Assembly: GCA_017434845.1 (NCBI GenBank)
Contig: JAFSGD010000023.1
Coordinates: 1,631 to 65,630, forward strand
Reading direction: 5' to 3'
Source: Clostridia bacterium
GTDB lineage: Bacteria > Bacillota > Clostridia > Oscillospirales > CAG-382
Length of the DNA: 64,000 nucleotides
This document shows positions 62,448-64,000 of the stretch, piece by piece. How positions within the stretch are numbered: the first letter of the stretch is position 1; each line of letters opens with the position of its first letter. A program made the position numbers and the translations under genes. The notes under the pieces were generated by a model. That model was given only the letters and a program-made list of their open reading frames with translations, did no database searches and was not told the origin of the DNA.

Positions 62448-64000
62448 ATGTCCGTAATCTACGATTCCCAAACAAAACAGTTTGCGCTCCACACCAAAAG
62501 CTATAGCTATATAATGCAGGAAAAAGAAGGCTTTTTGTTGCATTTATATTGGGGCAAAACAATAATGGGCGATTGCTCTTATATGTTTCGCGAGCAGGGC
62601 AGAGCCGCTTTTTCTCCCCGCATGGAAAACTGCGACGGCTTTATTCTCGATGACGTTCCCCTTGAATATCCCTGCTGGGGCAGAGCAGATATGCGAACCC
62701 CTGCGCTTGAGATAACCAACCCCGACGGCTCGGTTATCGTTGACCTTCGCGTTTGCGGCCACCGAATCGAAAGCGGTAAGCCCGCAATTAAAGGCTTGCC
62801 CGCCGTTTATTGTGAAAGCGAAAGCGAATGTGAGACCCTTGTTATCGAGCTTATCGACAGCGTGAGCAAGGTTAAAGCCGAGCTTTATTATTGCGTTCTC
62901 GAGGATTATGATATTATTACTCGTTATACAAAAATAATCAACGGCGGAACCGAATCGGTTCAAATTGACCGCGCCGCTTCGGCATCGGTTGATTTCGACC
63001 ATATCCGCTATGACGTTATCTCAAACTACGGAACCCATTGCCGCGAGCGCAACATCGAGCGTGCGCCTCTAAAGAGAGGCAGATATATTATGTCCTCGCG
63101 CCGCGGTGCTTCCTCTCACGTTCACAACCCGTTCCTTATCCTAACCTCGCCCACAGCCGATGAAACCTCGGGCGATGCTTACGGCTTCGTTCTCGTTTAT
63201 TCGGGCTCGTTTACCGCCGAGATCGCGGCAAACCAGTTTGATTCCGCCCGCGCAATAATCGGCCTTAACCCCGAGGCTTTCTCTTGGAAGCTTGAAGCGG
63301 GCGAAGAATTCACAACCCCCGAATGCGTTATGACCTATTCGCCCAACGGCTTGGAGCAAATGTCCGAAAGCTTTGCGCGCGTTTTCCGCGAAAGGCTCTG
63401 CCGCGGCAAATTCCGCGATGTCAGACGTCCCGTTCTTCTTAACAGCTGGGAGGCTTGCTATTTCGGCTTTGATTCCGAGCGCTTAATGAAGATCGGCGAT
63501 TCCTGCGCCGAATTGGGCATTGAGCTTATGGTTATCGATGACGGCTGGTTCGGCAAGCGCGATGACGATCGCTCGTCGCTCGGCGACTGGTTCGTTAACG
63601 AAAAGAAGATGCCCGGCGGCATCAAGCGCATTTCCGACCACCTTGCCGCAAAGGGCGTTAAACTCGGCATTTGGTTTGAGCCCGAAATGATCTCGCCCGA
63701 CAGCGAGCTTTATAAGGCTCACCCCGATTGGTGCTTGCATTATAACAACCGTCCGCGCTCCGAGGGCAGATATCAGCTTATTCTCGACCTTACCCGTCAA
63801 GACGTTTGTGATTATATTTTCGAATCCGTTGCAAAGATATTGCGTGAGGGCGGAATCTCTTACGTGAAATGGGATTTCAACCGCAACATGAGCGAGGCGG
63901 GCGGCTCTTTGCTTGGTGCCGACCGTCAGCGCGAGGTCGATTTCCGCTATTACCTCGGTCTTTATTCGGTGCTCGAGCGTCTTAATCAAGAATTCCCCGA
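62448..64000 (+). CDS. Alpha-galactosidase, GH36 family (3' end beyond window)
   Basis: SD GGAGG precedes ATG 62448. My own translation stays open to the window end and contains LNSWEACYF, VIDDGWFGKRDDD and YVKWDFNRNM. The gene is not in the ORF track because no stop falls in the window. Confidence 0.88.
   Translation, partial: MSVIYDSQTKQFALHTKSYSYIMQEKEGFLLHLYWGKTIMGDCSYMFREQGRAAFSPRMENCDGFILDDVPLEYPCWGRADMRTPALEITNPDGSVIVDLRVCGHRIESGKPAIKGLPAVYCESESECETLVIELIDSVSKVKAELYYCVLEDYDIITRYTKIINGGTESVQIDRAASASVDFDHIRYDVISNYGTHCRERNIERAPLKRGRYIMSSRRGASSHVHNPFLILTSPTADETSGDAYGFVLVYSGSFTAEIAANQFDSARAIIGLNPEAFSWKLEAGEEFTTPECVMTYSPNGLEQMSESFARVFRERLCRGKFRDVRRPVLLNSWEACYFGFDSERLMKIGDSCAELGIELMVIDDGWFGKRDDDRSSLGDWFVNEKKMPGGIKRISDHLAAKGVKLGIWFEPEMISPDSELYKAHPDWCLHYNNRPRSEGRYQLILDLTRQDVCDYIFESVAKILREGGISYVKWDFNRNMSEAGGSLLGADRQREVDFRYYLGLYSVLERLNQEFP

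Overview
This window looks like a chromosomal segment of a spore-forming Firmicute, with Clostridia-like gene order. I call about 66 protein-coding genes. Most are housekeeping genes in blocks syntenic with Bacillus and Clostridium: smc-ftsY; rdgB; cdaA-cdaR; recJ-relA-dtd-hemZ; the yabM-like/mazG/hup/yabO/yabP/yabQ/divIC/yabR block; hpf; a clpC-like ATPase; ylxM-ffh-rpsP-khpA-rimM-trmD; ptsH; uvrC; rsmD-coaD. On the minus strand lie rimP-nusA-ylxR-ylxQ-infB-rbfA-nrnA-truB and spoIIGA-sigE. Further right are hppA, a GH20 hydrolase, ung, mgtE and a 3'-truncated GH36 alpha-galactosidase. Many sigma-A-type promoters (TTGACA-17-TATAAT, often with an extended TG) and stem-loop terminators can be read directly. 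I recognised no rRNA, tRNA, CRISPR array, transposase or integrase. I did not find a clear-cut new multi-gene system such as a defence island. The best follow-up candidates are: (1) a small accessory module after the truB terminator (orphan Noc-type ParB, XRE repressor, 73-aa Spo0A-C-terminal-fragment-like protein); (2) two tandem diverged paralogues encoding secreted, C-terminally anchored proteins that share a 65-bp identical tract; (3) a duplicated 130-bp AT-rich, hairpin-dense element between convergent genes; (4) a long structured mgtE leader with an SD-sequestering hairpin and a possible uORF but no recognisable M-box; (5) an NYN-domain gene that seems to need an ATT start codon. All functional calls rest on motif and synteny recognition by eye. 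No database search or folding computation was run.
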